From a bacterium (lineage in GTDB: Bacteria; Patescibacteriota; JABMPQ01; JBDRIV01), in NCBI GenBank assembly GCA_043815505.1, contig JBDRIV010000004.1, forward strand, positions 186,051 to 250,050: a stretch of 64,000 nucleotides of DNA, given 5' to 3'. The stretch's first letter is position 1, and every line of letters starts with the position of its first letter. The notes under the pieces were generated by a model. It ran no database searches. It had not been told where the DNA came from and saw only the letters and a list, made by a program, of their open reading frames with translations. This document shows, piece by piece, positions 48,492 through 56,238 of the stretch. The position numbers and the translations under genes are program-made.

Positions 48492-48827
48492 ATGGCTAAG
48501 AAGAAATCGAAGACGTTCTTTGGGTCAATTTGGGATGAGGATCAGCGAGTTGAGTCTATGAATTTTCAACTCCATGACGCGACTGGGGAACTCGATCAAC
48601 GTTGCGTCCAGAAATGTCATGCTCGCACAACACCCGAGGTTGATTTCTTTATCAGATTGGCTTCTCAAGCTGAGTCTGGCACCATCTACGAAAGAGCGCT
48701 TCATCTCTCGAAAGCCGAAGATGGACGCTTCATTCTAAGAGAAGGTGTCCGAACCCTGTATCTGAATCACCTAGAGTTCACCACCCATGATTTACCGAGA
48801 TTCCTCGGCTACAAAATGGGTTTCTAA
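48492..48827 (+). CDS. hypothetical protein (GC-richer cassette gene)
   Basis: RBS 'gaggagg' 8 nt before the ATG. TTGACA-17-TAACAT at 48389-48417. Followed by an 'acgacc...ggtcgttttt' terminator. Confidence 0.6.
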   Translation: MAKKKSKTFFGSIWDEDQRVESMNFQLHDATGELDQRCVQKCHARTTPEVDFFIRLASQAESGTIYERALHLSKAEDGRFILREGVRTLYLNHLEFTTHDLPRFLGYKMGF

Positions 48828-48891
48828 AACAACAAATCAGGCTGCTTCTTTTGAAGCTACAACGACCCGCCATATAAGAGGTCGTTTTTAC

Positions 48892-49018
48892 TTACCAAAA
48901 AACCGCCCTCCTGTATATTGCTTGCTCTGAGTTTATCGAAGAGGCGATTCTTTGGGTGCCGAACGACCAAACCTATCTTGGATAGGAACGGGTCACTTGG
49001 CAACTTTGCTTATTGGCT
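48892..49018. repeat. cassette-array repeat, copy R4 (terminator module + full B core)
   Basis: 'ccaaaaaaccgccctcctg...ggcgattctttgggtgccgaacgaccaaacctatcttggataggaacgggtcacttggcaactttgcttattggct'. Confidence 0.7.
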
Positions 49019-49093
49019 CCCCAGTCCAAAGCTTATTATAATCCTTAAAGATGCCCGCTATCTAGCGGAACTGAAGGAGCAATTATTAGCAAT

Positions 49094-49324
49094 TCAGGCG
49101 TTGTTGTGATGACTGTTCCTACTCCCGTGTTCAATTCCACGGTTTTCATTAATCCCTTTACTTCCTAACGTTTTGTTCTTTTTCGCTTTGTTGTTCTTAT
49201 TGTTTCTCTTTTTGTTGTTATAAAGACACTGGTCCCATAAGATGTCTGCTAGTTGCTCGGTTCCCATGTCTAATATCTCTTTCTTTGTAAATTTGTCATA
49301 GCTATTATTGCTGTTCTTTGACAT
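49094..49324 (-). CDS. low-complexity K/N-rich small protein (uncertain)
   Basis: ORF downstream of the oxidoreductase gene. Its C-terminal part overlaps a degenerate repeat. Start placed at an internal Met. Confidence 0.25.
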   Translation of the reverse strand: MSKNSNNSYDKFTKKEILDMGTEQLADILWDQCLYNNKKRNNKNNKAKKNKTLGSKGINENRGIEHGSRNSHHNNA

Positions 49325-49437
49325 AAAATCATCTTTTAATAGCAGGTTATTAGTCCAATTACATGGCAAGGATATTATGATAGCACACCATATCATCCTC
49401 TATTATATTTAAACTGCTAGAACTAATTATATGTTTT

Positions 49438-50553
49438 CTAAAGCTTTCTAGGATCTCTTAAATGTTTTGAGTATATCAATCTGGCAAGTGGGTAAATTGC
49501 TTTTTTCAACAAAGATGGTCTATAAAAATCACCAAGGAATCTAATGGGATCCGCATTGTCGTGGAGCATTCCTACAAACAATCTATATGATCTACGTCCT
49601 AACATATGATACAGTAATCTGTTAGAAATAGATGTTTTTAGTCTAGGTAAAACCACTTTCTTAAATAGAGAATAATAATCTTTATTATCTATGATACTTT
49701 TAGCAGCTATATAACCTGTTGTCATTGCATGTCTAATCCCAAACCCCCATAAGTAATCTTGAGTTCCATTGGCTTCACCCACATATATTTTTCCGTCACT
49801 GGGTTCCTTAGGCAAGAAGAAATTTCCTGTCCCTCCGAATTGTTTTACATTAGTCATTGTAAAATTGATAGATTCTTTGCAAAGCTTGAGTGTTTTGTCA
49901 CGATATTCATTTAGATTCTTGAAGTCATTGAAAATACAAGTAGCAATGACACCATGCCCATTATGGACGAGAAAATAGGAATATCCATCTTTGGCATATT
50001 TGTCATCTGCAATCATTACAATTCGATCTTCGGAATCTGTTTTAAATGTATAACCGCTAGCGAAACCATCTTTAACAGGATCGTTTACTGCTGGCCCAGT
50101 AGCTACAACATCTACTTCTTCAGGTTTTACCAAAGTATTATAAGCGACCTTGATATTGTCATATCTCATAATTTGTTGATTGAGACCATGGTCTAGTGAT
50201 CTTTTTTCAACACCTCGCTTGACCATATAAAAAGCGGGGCGCTCTACATCAAATTCTCTTCTAAATCCATCAGGACCCCAGAAAGATATCTCTTTAAATC
50301 CGGGATGATCAAAATTTGTTTCTATATTAGCTCTCTCTAAAAAATCAAGAGCGTCTTCTTCAAAGCTCCAGTTTTCAATTCCTTGGAAATCCCCTTCAAA
50401 TCTTTTTCCTGAAGTTTCATTTTTCTCATAGATTTCGACCTCATACCCTTCTTTGGCTAAACATAAGGCTGTAGTTATTCCGGATACACCTGCACCTGCA
50501 ATTTTTATCTTTTTACCTTTCATAGTCTTTATTATTTTTTTTAATCCTATCAA
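49438..50553 (-). CDS. FAD/NAD(P)-binding oxidoreductase (geranylgeranyl-reductase-like family)
   Basis: N-terminal Rossmann motif 'KIKIAGAGVSGITTALCLAKEGYEVEIYEK' (GxGxxG + acidic residue). Confidence 0.7.
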   Translation of the reverse strand: MIGLKKIIKTMKGKKIKIAGAGVSGITTALCLAKEGYEVEIYEKNETSGKRFEGDFQGIENWSFEEDALDFLERANIETNFDHPGFKEISFWGPDGFRREFDVERPAFYMVKRGVEKRSLDHGLNQQIMRYDNIKVAYNTLVKPEEVDVVATGPAVNDPVKDGFASGYTFKTDSEDRIVMIADDKYAKDGYSYFLVHNGHGVIATCIFNDFKNLNEYRDKTLKLCKESINFTMTNVKQFGGTGNFFLPKEPSDGKIYVGEANGTQDYLWGFGIRHAMTTGYIAAKSIIDNKDYYSLFKKVVLPRLKTSISNRLLYHMLGRRSYRLFVGMLHDNADPIRFLGDFYRPSLLKKAIYPLARLIYSKHLRDPRKL

Positions 50554-50710
50554 AAAACCGCACTTTTGTACATCAGAGCAAGCGTGTTTGGCGATTTTTT
50601 GATATCTGGATTATCTATCTAGCCATCTTTAGTGGTGAGATTAGACAGGATATGTGTTATCCACAGTTTAGGGGGGTTAATTTGCTTTAAAAGTTATATT
50701 TTCATAGCTA

Positions 50711-50743
50711 AAACTCAGTGTCGTGGACATTGTTAGAACCAGG
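50711..50743. repeat. cassette-array repeat, copy R5 (short C module)
   Basis: 'aaaactcagtgtcgtggacattgttagaaccagg'. A degenerate terminator module lies at 50549-50610. Confidence 0.6.
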
Positions 50744-50811
50744 ATAACAAAAAAGGCGTACGTAGATACTACTTAGTTCTACGACGCCCATTTGATTCTC
50801 CCCTTTGTTGT

Positions 50812-51408
50812 TTACTCCTTGAATCTCTTGATTTCGACGTGATCTTCTCTTATCTTTATCAATTTGTTGACCACAGCTGTCGTTTTATTAGTTGAGATAA
50901 ACTCTATAAATTGGATTTCTGAATTCTGAAAAACGGTTTTGGTTAACGTTTCTCCAGGGTTGAGTTCCTGCAGAACACTGTCCTGCTTGGGGTCATGTAG
51001 GATAAGAATAACTTCTTCATCATCTGTTACAACTCGTTGCAAAATTAGAAGATAAAGAGTCAGGATCTCATCACCAACATTGGTGAAATTCGCGAGGTAT
51101 TGATTATCTTCTGATTCCTCAACACATAATTCGACTCTGTGAAGAAGTTTGGTTTCACCAAAATCGATTAACTCTTCTACTTCCAATGGTTCATTTCCAC
51201 CATTGGAATTAATATCACCAATCGACCTCGGCTCAAAAACGACCTCCTTTTCATTAACTACATCCGTAAACGCTGGTAGAAAGAAAACCCTCTTTCCTTT
51301 CACGGTACCTTCAGTAACGTTGATAGCAACGTAAATGAGTGCAACGATTGCTGCTCCCGCCAACAAACAGGCAATAAACCTTATAACATTTGCTGTTTCG
51401 ACTTTCAT
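50812..51408 (-). CDS. hypothetical signal-anchored protein
   Basis: N-terminal TM 'FIACLLAGAAIVALIYVAI'. Followed by an own terminator, 'gggcgtcgtag...ctacgtacgcc' + T-run. Confidence 0.5.
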   Translation of the reverse strand: MKVETANVIRFIACLLAGAAIVALIYVAINVTEGTVKGKRVFFLPAFTDVVNEKEVVFEPRSIGDINSNGGNEPLEVEELIDFGETKLLHRVELCVEESEDNQYLANFTNVGDEILTLYLLILQRVVTDDEEVILILHDPKQDSVLQELNPGETLTKTVFQNSEIQFIEFISTNKTTAVVNKLIKIREDHVEIKRFKE

Positions 51409-51473
51409 TTTTTTCTTCCTCCCAATGAATTTGTTTTTGAAACTATTTCGAGATGTAAGAGTGCTATATTTAT

Positions 51474-51678
51474 CCTACTAAAAACCGCCCTCCTGCGCAA
51501 TGCTCCTGAGCGGGCAGGCCTGTTTTTTACCAGCCTGGGGCGGGGGCGATTTTTTGGATGCCATACGACCAAACCTATCTTGGATAGGAACGGGTCACTT
51601 GGCAACTTTGCTTATTGGTTTGAGTGTCGCGTGTCCAGCTGAACTGCGTGCAGCTTGAGTGGATGTTGTTAGAACCAG
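51474..51678. repeat. cassette-array repeat, copy R6 (terminator + B + long C; full-length form)
   Basis: Contains all three modules, with a few substitutions relative to R4 and R10. Confidence 0.7.
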
Positions 51679-51805
51679 ATTGATGGTTAGTACTTGACAA
51701 TTGTATAATAAAGTGTTATTCTTCTATGATTCAATGAGTACAAGTTTCTGCTTTATAAACAGCTACTTCCTTGTTGAAGTATGCACATTTCTGGAGGTAC
51801 AGAAA

Positions 51806-51928
51806 ATGTTTTGGTGGCAAAGGACAAACATTGTTCACGGTGGATATCGAGTCGAATACGAAGTGATGAATAACATCGTGGCTGGTACACAAACATACAC
51901 AGGCAGGCATCGTTATGTTCCTGCCTAA
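51806..51928 (+). CDS. small protein (40 aa; start revised to the Met with a GGAGG RBS)
   Basis: 'ggaggtacagaaaATG'. A terminator hairpin 'ggggcgttagtgaaactaacgtcc' follows the stop. Confidence 0.45.
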   Translation: MFWWQRTNIVHGGYRVEYEVMNNIVAGTQTYTGRHRYVPA

Positions 51929-51976
51929 ACAGTATCTTTGCCTTCGGGGCGTTAGTGAAACTAACGTCCTTTTCTT

Positions 51977-52077
51977 CTACCAAAAAACCGCCTGTTTGGC
52001 GATTTTTTGTTTACAACTGAAGTGTCGCGTGTCCAGCTGAACTGTGTGCAGCTGGGTGGACGTTGTTAGAACCAGGA
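51977..52077. repeat. cassette-array repeat, copy R7 (terminator + long C)
   Basis: It ends exactly at the stop codon of 52078..52482. Confidence 0.7.
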
Positions 52078-52482
52078 TTACTCAAAGAAATTATCCATTA
52101 TCTGCTTAGCGTCTTCTAAATCACCATATTTCTTGCAATCAACACCTGACCCTAGAATCATACCTGATACTCTTTTCCCATCTTGTAGTTTGTATAAACA
52201 TAGTATTTTTTTATCGTTCTCCAATGCTCTACCAATTTCGTATCCAACCCCCAATGATGGAATTGTAATTTCTGCAACAACCACATCTGAACTTAAAAGC
52301 CATTTCATATCACGATTATGTATAATTTCATCTTTCTCATTCTCTCCTAGACTGTTTAGATTACTATCACCAATATGCTCTGTAAGCACTTCTCCATATT
52401 TTTTTAGATGTTCAATGATTTGTAAATACAAATCTGTATCATCTCTGCCACCTCTTATGGCTCCAGCAAAATATATTTTCAT
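52078..52482 (-). CDS. 2'-deoxynucleoside 5'-phosphate N-hydrolase (DNPH1/Rcl; nucleoside 2-deoxyribosyltransferase-like fold)
   Basis: 'KIYFAGAIRGGRDDTDLY...VLTEH...DVVVAEITIPSLGVGYEIGRA...KKILCLY...GKRVSGMI' parallels DNPH1 'SVYFCGSIRGGREDRALY...VLTEH...DVVVAEVTQPSLGVGYELGRA...KRILCLF...SGRVLSAMI'. Confidence 0.8.
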   Translation of the reverse strand: MKIYFAGAIRGGRDDTDLYLQIIEHLKKYGEVLTEHIGDSNLNSLGENEKDEIIHNRDMKWLLSSDVVVAEITIPSLGVGYEIGRALENDKKILCLYKLQDGKRVSGMILGSGVDCKKYGDLEDAKQIMDNFFE

Positions 52483-52507
52483 TTTTGAAATTTAATTACT
52501 TCTACAT

Positions 52508-52576
52508 CCTACCAAAAAACCGCCACTTTGGCGATTTTTTGTTTACAACTCCGCATTGTAGACAACATTAGAACCA
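52508..52576. repeat. cassette-array repeat, copy R8 (terminator + variant C)
   Basis: 'cctaccaaaaaaccgccactttggcgattttttgtttacaactccgcattgtagacaacattagaacc'. Confidence 0.6.
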
Positions 52577-52997
52577 TATTAATGAAGCAGAAAGGGTGTG
52601 TTTATATACCAGACTTAAGGCCAGAAGCCTTAAAGAAGTAATTACCCCACACCTGTTTACACTATATATCAAATAAAAAAAGACCTTTTAACAATGTAGA
52701 GGTCTAACTGCGGTTGTGGTTTATGGATCAACATTGGGGAGAAATTCGACTTTTAGAATGGCAGAGAATTCTACTTCAATTCTTGTGCCGAAGTTTTCGA
52801 TAATCCTGTCGCAAACTCGTTCGATCTCCGTTATAACTGATGCCACCTGCGATTCCATCAGGGGAGAATACATTCCGATGTTCCCATCAAGGGTGTAACT
52901 ACCCCTCTTAATTATCACGTTGCAGGTCCCGACTGTGAGCTTGTTTTAACTGGGTTTCTTAGAATTGTTGGGGATTTTAGCAATACATAATAGAAAA

Positions 52998-53828
52998 TCA
53001 CGACTTTTTTAATGCAGCACTTAGTTGTTTCACAAATCTTTCATTACTCTTAGATGCCTCATCTTGCTCCTTTGAAATGTTTGTTACAGAGTTAATTGTC
53101 TTTATTAGTTCAAATAGTAGACTTCCCGTATTCATAAATAGAGTCGTATGGTTCTTTTCCATATGCATTTCCAGGCTTTCCATTTCGGGAGTCTCACCAG
53201 GTGTAAATACCCCAGTATGAAACAAGAACCCATATAATGACCCGTGCAGTGATTCAGAAGCATCTGTATAATACAGGGTCTGATAAATTAGAAAATGACC
53301 TATATTTGATTCTGAATTCTCCCCAATGATTTTTATTCTCTCCGGTATAGATGTATTGGTCCACCTTCTGATTTCTTTACCTTTTTTTGTAGTAAACTTT
53401 TTTAGAGCAATATCTAATTCTGACCCCTTCTTTGGTTCTTTCTTACCAGAATATTCTAATTTTATTTTTTGATCTCCAGCTTTAAATTCCTGATCAAGCC
53501 TTCGATAGGCTTTTTGTATTGTATATAAATAGTAATTATTGAACTCATCATCGGAACAAGTCAGTAAGTAGCAAATATTTACTACTCCCTCAAAATATCC
53601 TCTCGCAATCATTACAGATGCATTATAAAATCTATCATCTTCACTGAGCCTTTCCAATGCTCCTACGGTAGATAGTAAACTTCCAATAGCTACCAATATT
53701 TTTTTAACCCTTTCATGCTTGGGCGATTTCTTGAAAATTCCGTATACAATACTTGCTTGCTCTGATAAGAATATTCTTGATTTAGCTGTAAGGATTTTTG
53801 AACCAAAAAAGAGAGCACTCTGATTCAT
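52998..53828 (-). CDS. hypothetical protein (cassette gene)
   Basis: ORF of 276 aa with no recognisable motif. Confidence 0.5.
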   Translation of the reverse strand: MNQSALFFGSKILTAKSRIFLSEQASIVYGIFKKSPKHERVKKILVAIGSLLSTVGALERLSEDDRFYNASVMIARGYFEGVVNICYLLTCSDDEFNNYYLYTIQKAYRRLDQEFKAGDQKIKLEYSGKKEPKKGSELDIALKKFTTKKGKEIRRWTNTSIPERIKIIGENSESNIGHFLIYQTLYYTDASESLHGSLYGFLFHTGVFTPGETPEMESLEMHMEKNHTTLFMNTGSLLFELIKTINSVTNISKEQDEASKSNERFVKQLSAALKKS

Positions 53829-53855
53829 ATAAATTCTTTAATAATTTTGTTCCAT

Positions 53856-53927
53856 CCTACCAAAAAACCGCCTGTTTGGCGATTCTTTGTTTACAACTCA
53901 GTGTCGTGGACGTTGTTAGAACTAGAA
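53856..53927. repeat. cassette-array repeat, copy R9 (terminator + short C)
   Basis: It ends exactly at the stop codon of 53928..54968 and lies ~28 nt upstream of the 52998..53828 start codon (53828). Confidence 0.7.
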
Positions 53928-54968
53928 TCACTTCTCTACAATCGTAATTATTCCTTTCTCGGCGTCAACTTCTACTTTATCGCCATCTTTAAGCACTTGT
54001 GTTGCATTCTTTGTGCCAACTATACATGGGACACCTAGTTCTCTGGCGATAATAGCTGCGTGACATAAAAGCCCTCCTTCATTTGTTACTATGGCAGAAG
54101 CTTTTTTCACTGCATGCAATAGTCTGGGAGTTGTCATTATAGAAACCAAAACATCTCCTTGCTTAATTTTTTTGATATCAGCTTTGGTATTCACAATACG
54201 AACAATACCCACCACCTTACCAGAATAAGCTTTAATGCCGGCTATTTCACTAGTTTTAGCTATCTTTTCCGGTAACAATTGACTCTTTTCAATTTCTTTT
54301 GCTTTATTCTTTGTAAATATTTGTATTTTATTATTTTGTAACCAAAGAACATAGTATTTTTCTCTTTCACTCAATTTTTTACTATCAATCAATTTATCGT
54401 TTTGAATAAGACCAAGGAATTCACTGGGTAAGTAGAACATCAGATTCTTCTGAGAGATTCCATACTTTTCTGAGAGACTGATAAAAAATGGTGATGTCTT
54501 ATCCCAAGCAGCACAACTTTCAACTTCGGCTTGTTCGTGCCATTTCCCAACTATATTTAGATCTTTTAGTTTGTTATTTTTTGATTCTAAGTACTTAATC
54601 ACATATTCTGTATAATACACAATACCTCTTGCTAATTTATATTGACTTATAAAGCGTTTAAGTTCTTTATAGTTTTTTTTAGTTATTAGGGAATTAGTAG
54701 AATTTTTGAGCTCACTCAATATATGTTCCCAGGAAGGAATTAGTCTTTCCAAATAGCCATTTTTGTATTCCCTTCTAATGATTTCCTGTTGACCTTCAAT
54801 ATCGGAAGCAAGTTCATATACTGCTGTTAAGCTGTCATTGTTAACAACAAATAAATTTCTAACCTTAAACTCTGATTTATTACCAAACATTTCTCTGTAA
54901 CCATCAATACGAATGAATCTCTCTAATAGAACGGTTTCTCTTGTAACAAGAAGTTTCCAATCGTTCAT
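53928..54968 (-). CDS. protein with a C-terminal PEP-utilising-enzyme mobile (phosphohistidine swivel) domain and an unknown N-terminal domain
   Basis: 'GDVLVSIMTTPRLLHAVKKASAIVTNEGGLLCHAAIIARELGVPCIVG' matches the swivel domain of PEP synthase / PPDK / rifampin phosphotransferase. Confidence 0.7.
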   Translation of the reverse strand: MNDWKLLVTRETVLLERFIRIDGYREMFGNKSEFKVRNLFVVNNDSLTAVYELASDIEGQQEIIRREYKNGYLERLIPSWEHILSELKNSTNSLITKKNYKELKRFISQYKLARGIVYYTEYVIKYLESKNNKLKDLNIVGKWHEQAEVESCAAWDKTSPFFISLSEKYGISQKNLMFYLPSEFLGLIQNDKLIDSKKLSEREKYYVLWLQNNKIQIFTKNKAKEIEKSQLLPEKIAKTSEIAGIKAYSGKVVGIVRIVNTKADIKKIKQGDVLVSIMTTPRLLHAVKKASAIVTNEGGLLCHAAIIARELGVPCIVGTKNATQVLKDGDKVEVDAEKGIITIVEK

Positions 54969-55008
54969 AATAAACTATCAATTAAAAATATTTCTTTCAT
55001 AACTCAAT

Positions 55009-55159
55009 CCTACCAAAAAACCGCCCTTCGGTAAACTCAGGATATATACCTGTTTGGCGATTCTTTGGGTGCCGAACGACCTTTGCAGTTCCGGATAGGA
55101 ACGGGTCACTTGGCAACTTTGCTTATTGGCTCAGTGTCGTGGACGTTGTTAGAACCAGG
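55009..55159. repeat. cassette-array repeat, copy R10 (terminator + B + short C; full-length form)
   Basis: 'cctaccaaaaaaccgcccttcgg...ggcgattctttgggtgccgaacgacc...gggtcacttggcaactttgcttattggctcagtgtcgtggacgttgttagaaccagg'. Confidence 0.7.
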
Positions 55160-55225
55160 ATAATAAAAACTCAGAATCATTTTTATATCATTGATTAGAA
55201 TATGGTATAATACTATGTAGAAAAT

Positions 55226-56041
55226 ATGTCTTTGTGTTTATGTGCAAAGATTCGTAAACTTCGTATCCTTATTCATCGCTGTATGAAAAGAGTAACAAAA
55301 ACTACCTTGATAGCTGTTGGTTCTATAATAGGACTGATAATTCTTGTGTATCTTTATTTCTTTTTTGGGGAAATCAGAAGAATGCATTTTTCAAGTTGTG
55401 ATACTGCTGTAACTGAAACATCATCCTTAGAAAAAATTGAACAAGTTTCAATGGCTTATTATAAATCTCCAAACCCCGATATTGTTGTTCCAATGATTAA
55501 TACTCTTACAGAACAAGACACATTTCAAACAAATTCCTTTGGTCCAATGGCTGCATTTTTTAGTAGAATCTTTGCAGATAACCCAGACAAATTAGAAAGA
55601 TGGGTTATGCAAGACCTTTGTGGTTTAAATAATCAACCTCTTTCAACTTTTGATGTGGTTGTAAATGCTTTATGGATGGCCGATACCCCTGAAGCAAGAG
55701 ACATTCTTAATAAAATTGAAGATACAACAAAAGTCCCTGATGGAAAAAATTATATTGAAAGTCAAATAACTAGAGAGGTATTGGATTTAAAAACTATGAG
55801 TGTTACAACCTCTTTGGATTTAGATATTATTTGGTCCGCATTTTTTGCAACTGGAGATAAAGAATATATTGAACAAATTGTCTCTGTTCTCTATTCAGAT
55901 GATGAAAATTCGTCTAATGATGTCTTATTAGAATCTACTGCTAAGTGGTCCCTTAAATCAAATTACGCGGACAATCCAAAAATAAAGGAAGTATGTGACT
56001 TGAATTCTGAATGCAAGAATCAACTTTTTTCTGAAGAATAA
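55226..56041 (+). CDS. hypothetical signal-anchored protein
   Basis: TM 'TTLIAVGSIIGLIILVYLYFFF'. TATAAT at 55203-55208. The true start may be the internal Met at 55283. Confidence 0.5.
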   Translation: MSLCLCAKIRKLRILIHRCMKRVTKTTLIAVGSIIGLIILVYLYFFFGEIRRMHFSSCDTAVTETSSLEKIEQVSMAYYKSPNPDIVVPMINTLTEQDTFQTNSFGPMAAFFSRIFADNPDKLERWVMQDLCGLNNQPLSTFDVVVNALWMADTPEARDILNKIEDTTKVPDGKNYIESQITREVLDLKTMSVTTSLDLDIIWSAFFATGDKEYIEQIVSVLYSDDENSSNDVLLESTAKWSLKSNYADNPKIKEVCDLNSECKNQLFSEE

Positions 56042-56058
56042 TAAATAAAAAGATTTTC

Positions 56059-56204
56059 TTTACCAAAAAACAGGGTTATTCCCTGTTTTTATTTTCAACT
56101 CACTCACTGGGACGATTTTCGAACTTTCAAATGGATTGATGGGAACATCGAAGAGCTACTTAGTGAAATTAAAACTCAGTGTCGTGGACGTTGCTAGAGC
56201 TGAT
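56059..56204. repeat. cassette-array repeat, copy R11 (terminator-like hairpin + unique spacer + variant C)
   Basis: 'taccaaaaaacagggttattccctgttttt' ... 'aaaactcagtgtcgtggacgttgctagagctg'. It lies between convergent genes. Confidence 0.55.
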
Positions 56205-56238
56205 GCAGCGTTTAATTATTCTATACTTGATATGATTA

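Noticed and set aside
47888-49109. Plus-strand ORFs 47888..48238, 46818..47087 and 48918..49109
   Set aside because: The first two are mirror-image antisense frames of the coiled-coil genes. The third reads through repeat copy R4; its open frame is coincidental.
52716-52918. Mutually overlapping 60-aa (+) and 65-aa (-) ORFs in a GC-rich 450-bp spacer
   Set aside because: The coding strand cannot be decided. Neither has an RBS or a recognisable motif. It may be a gene remnant or RNA, so it is left uncalled.
53847-54038. 63-aa plus ORF and other 60-80-aa ORFs overlapping repeats or the 3' ends of cassette genes (51405..51605, 51753..51983)
   Set aside because: They traverse repeat or terminator sequence, or are antisense to better-supported genes.
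46640-56204. CRISPR array or classical integron as an explanation for the repeat family
   Set aside because: The units between repeats are whole genes (0.3-3.5 kb), not 25-70-bp spacers, and the repeats are modular and variable in length. So this is not CRISPR. A classical integron is not established either. There is no intI in the window. The R''/R' core pairs (RYYYAAC/GTTRRRY) are only approximately present (GTTAGAA). The two element ends are poorly complementary. The idea is kept only as a hypothesis in the findings.
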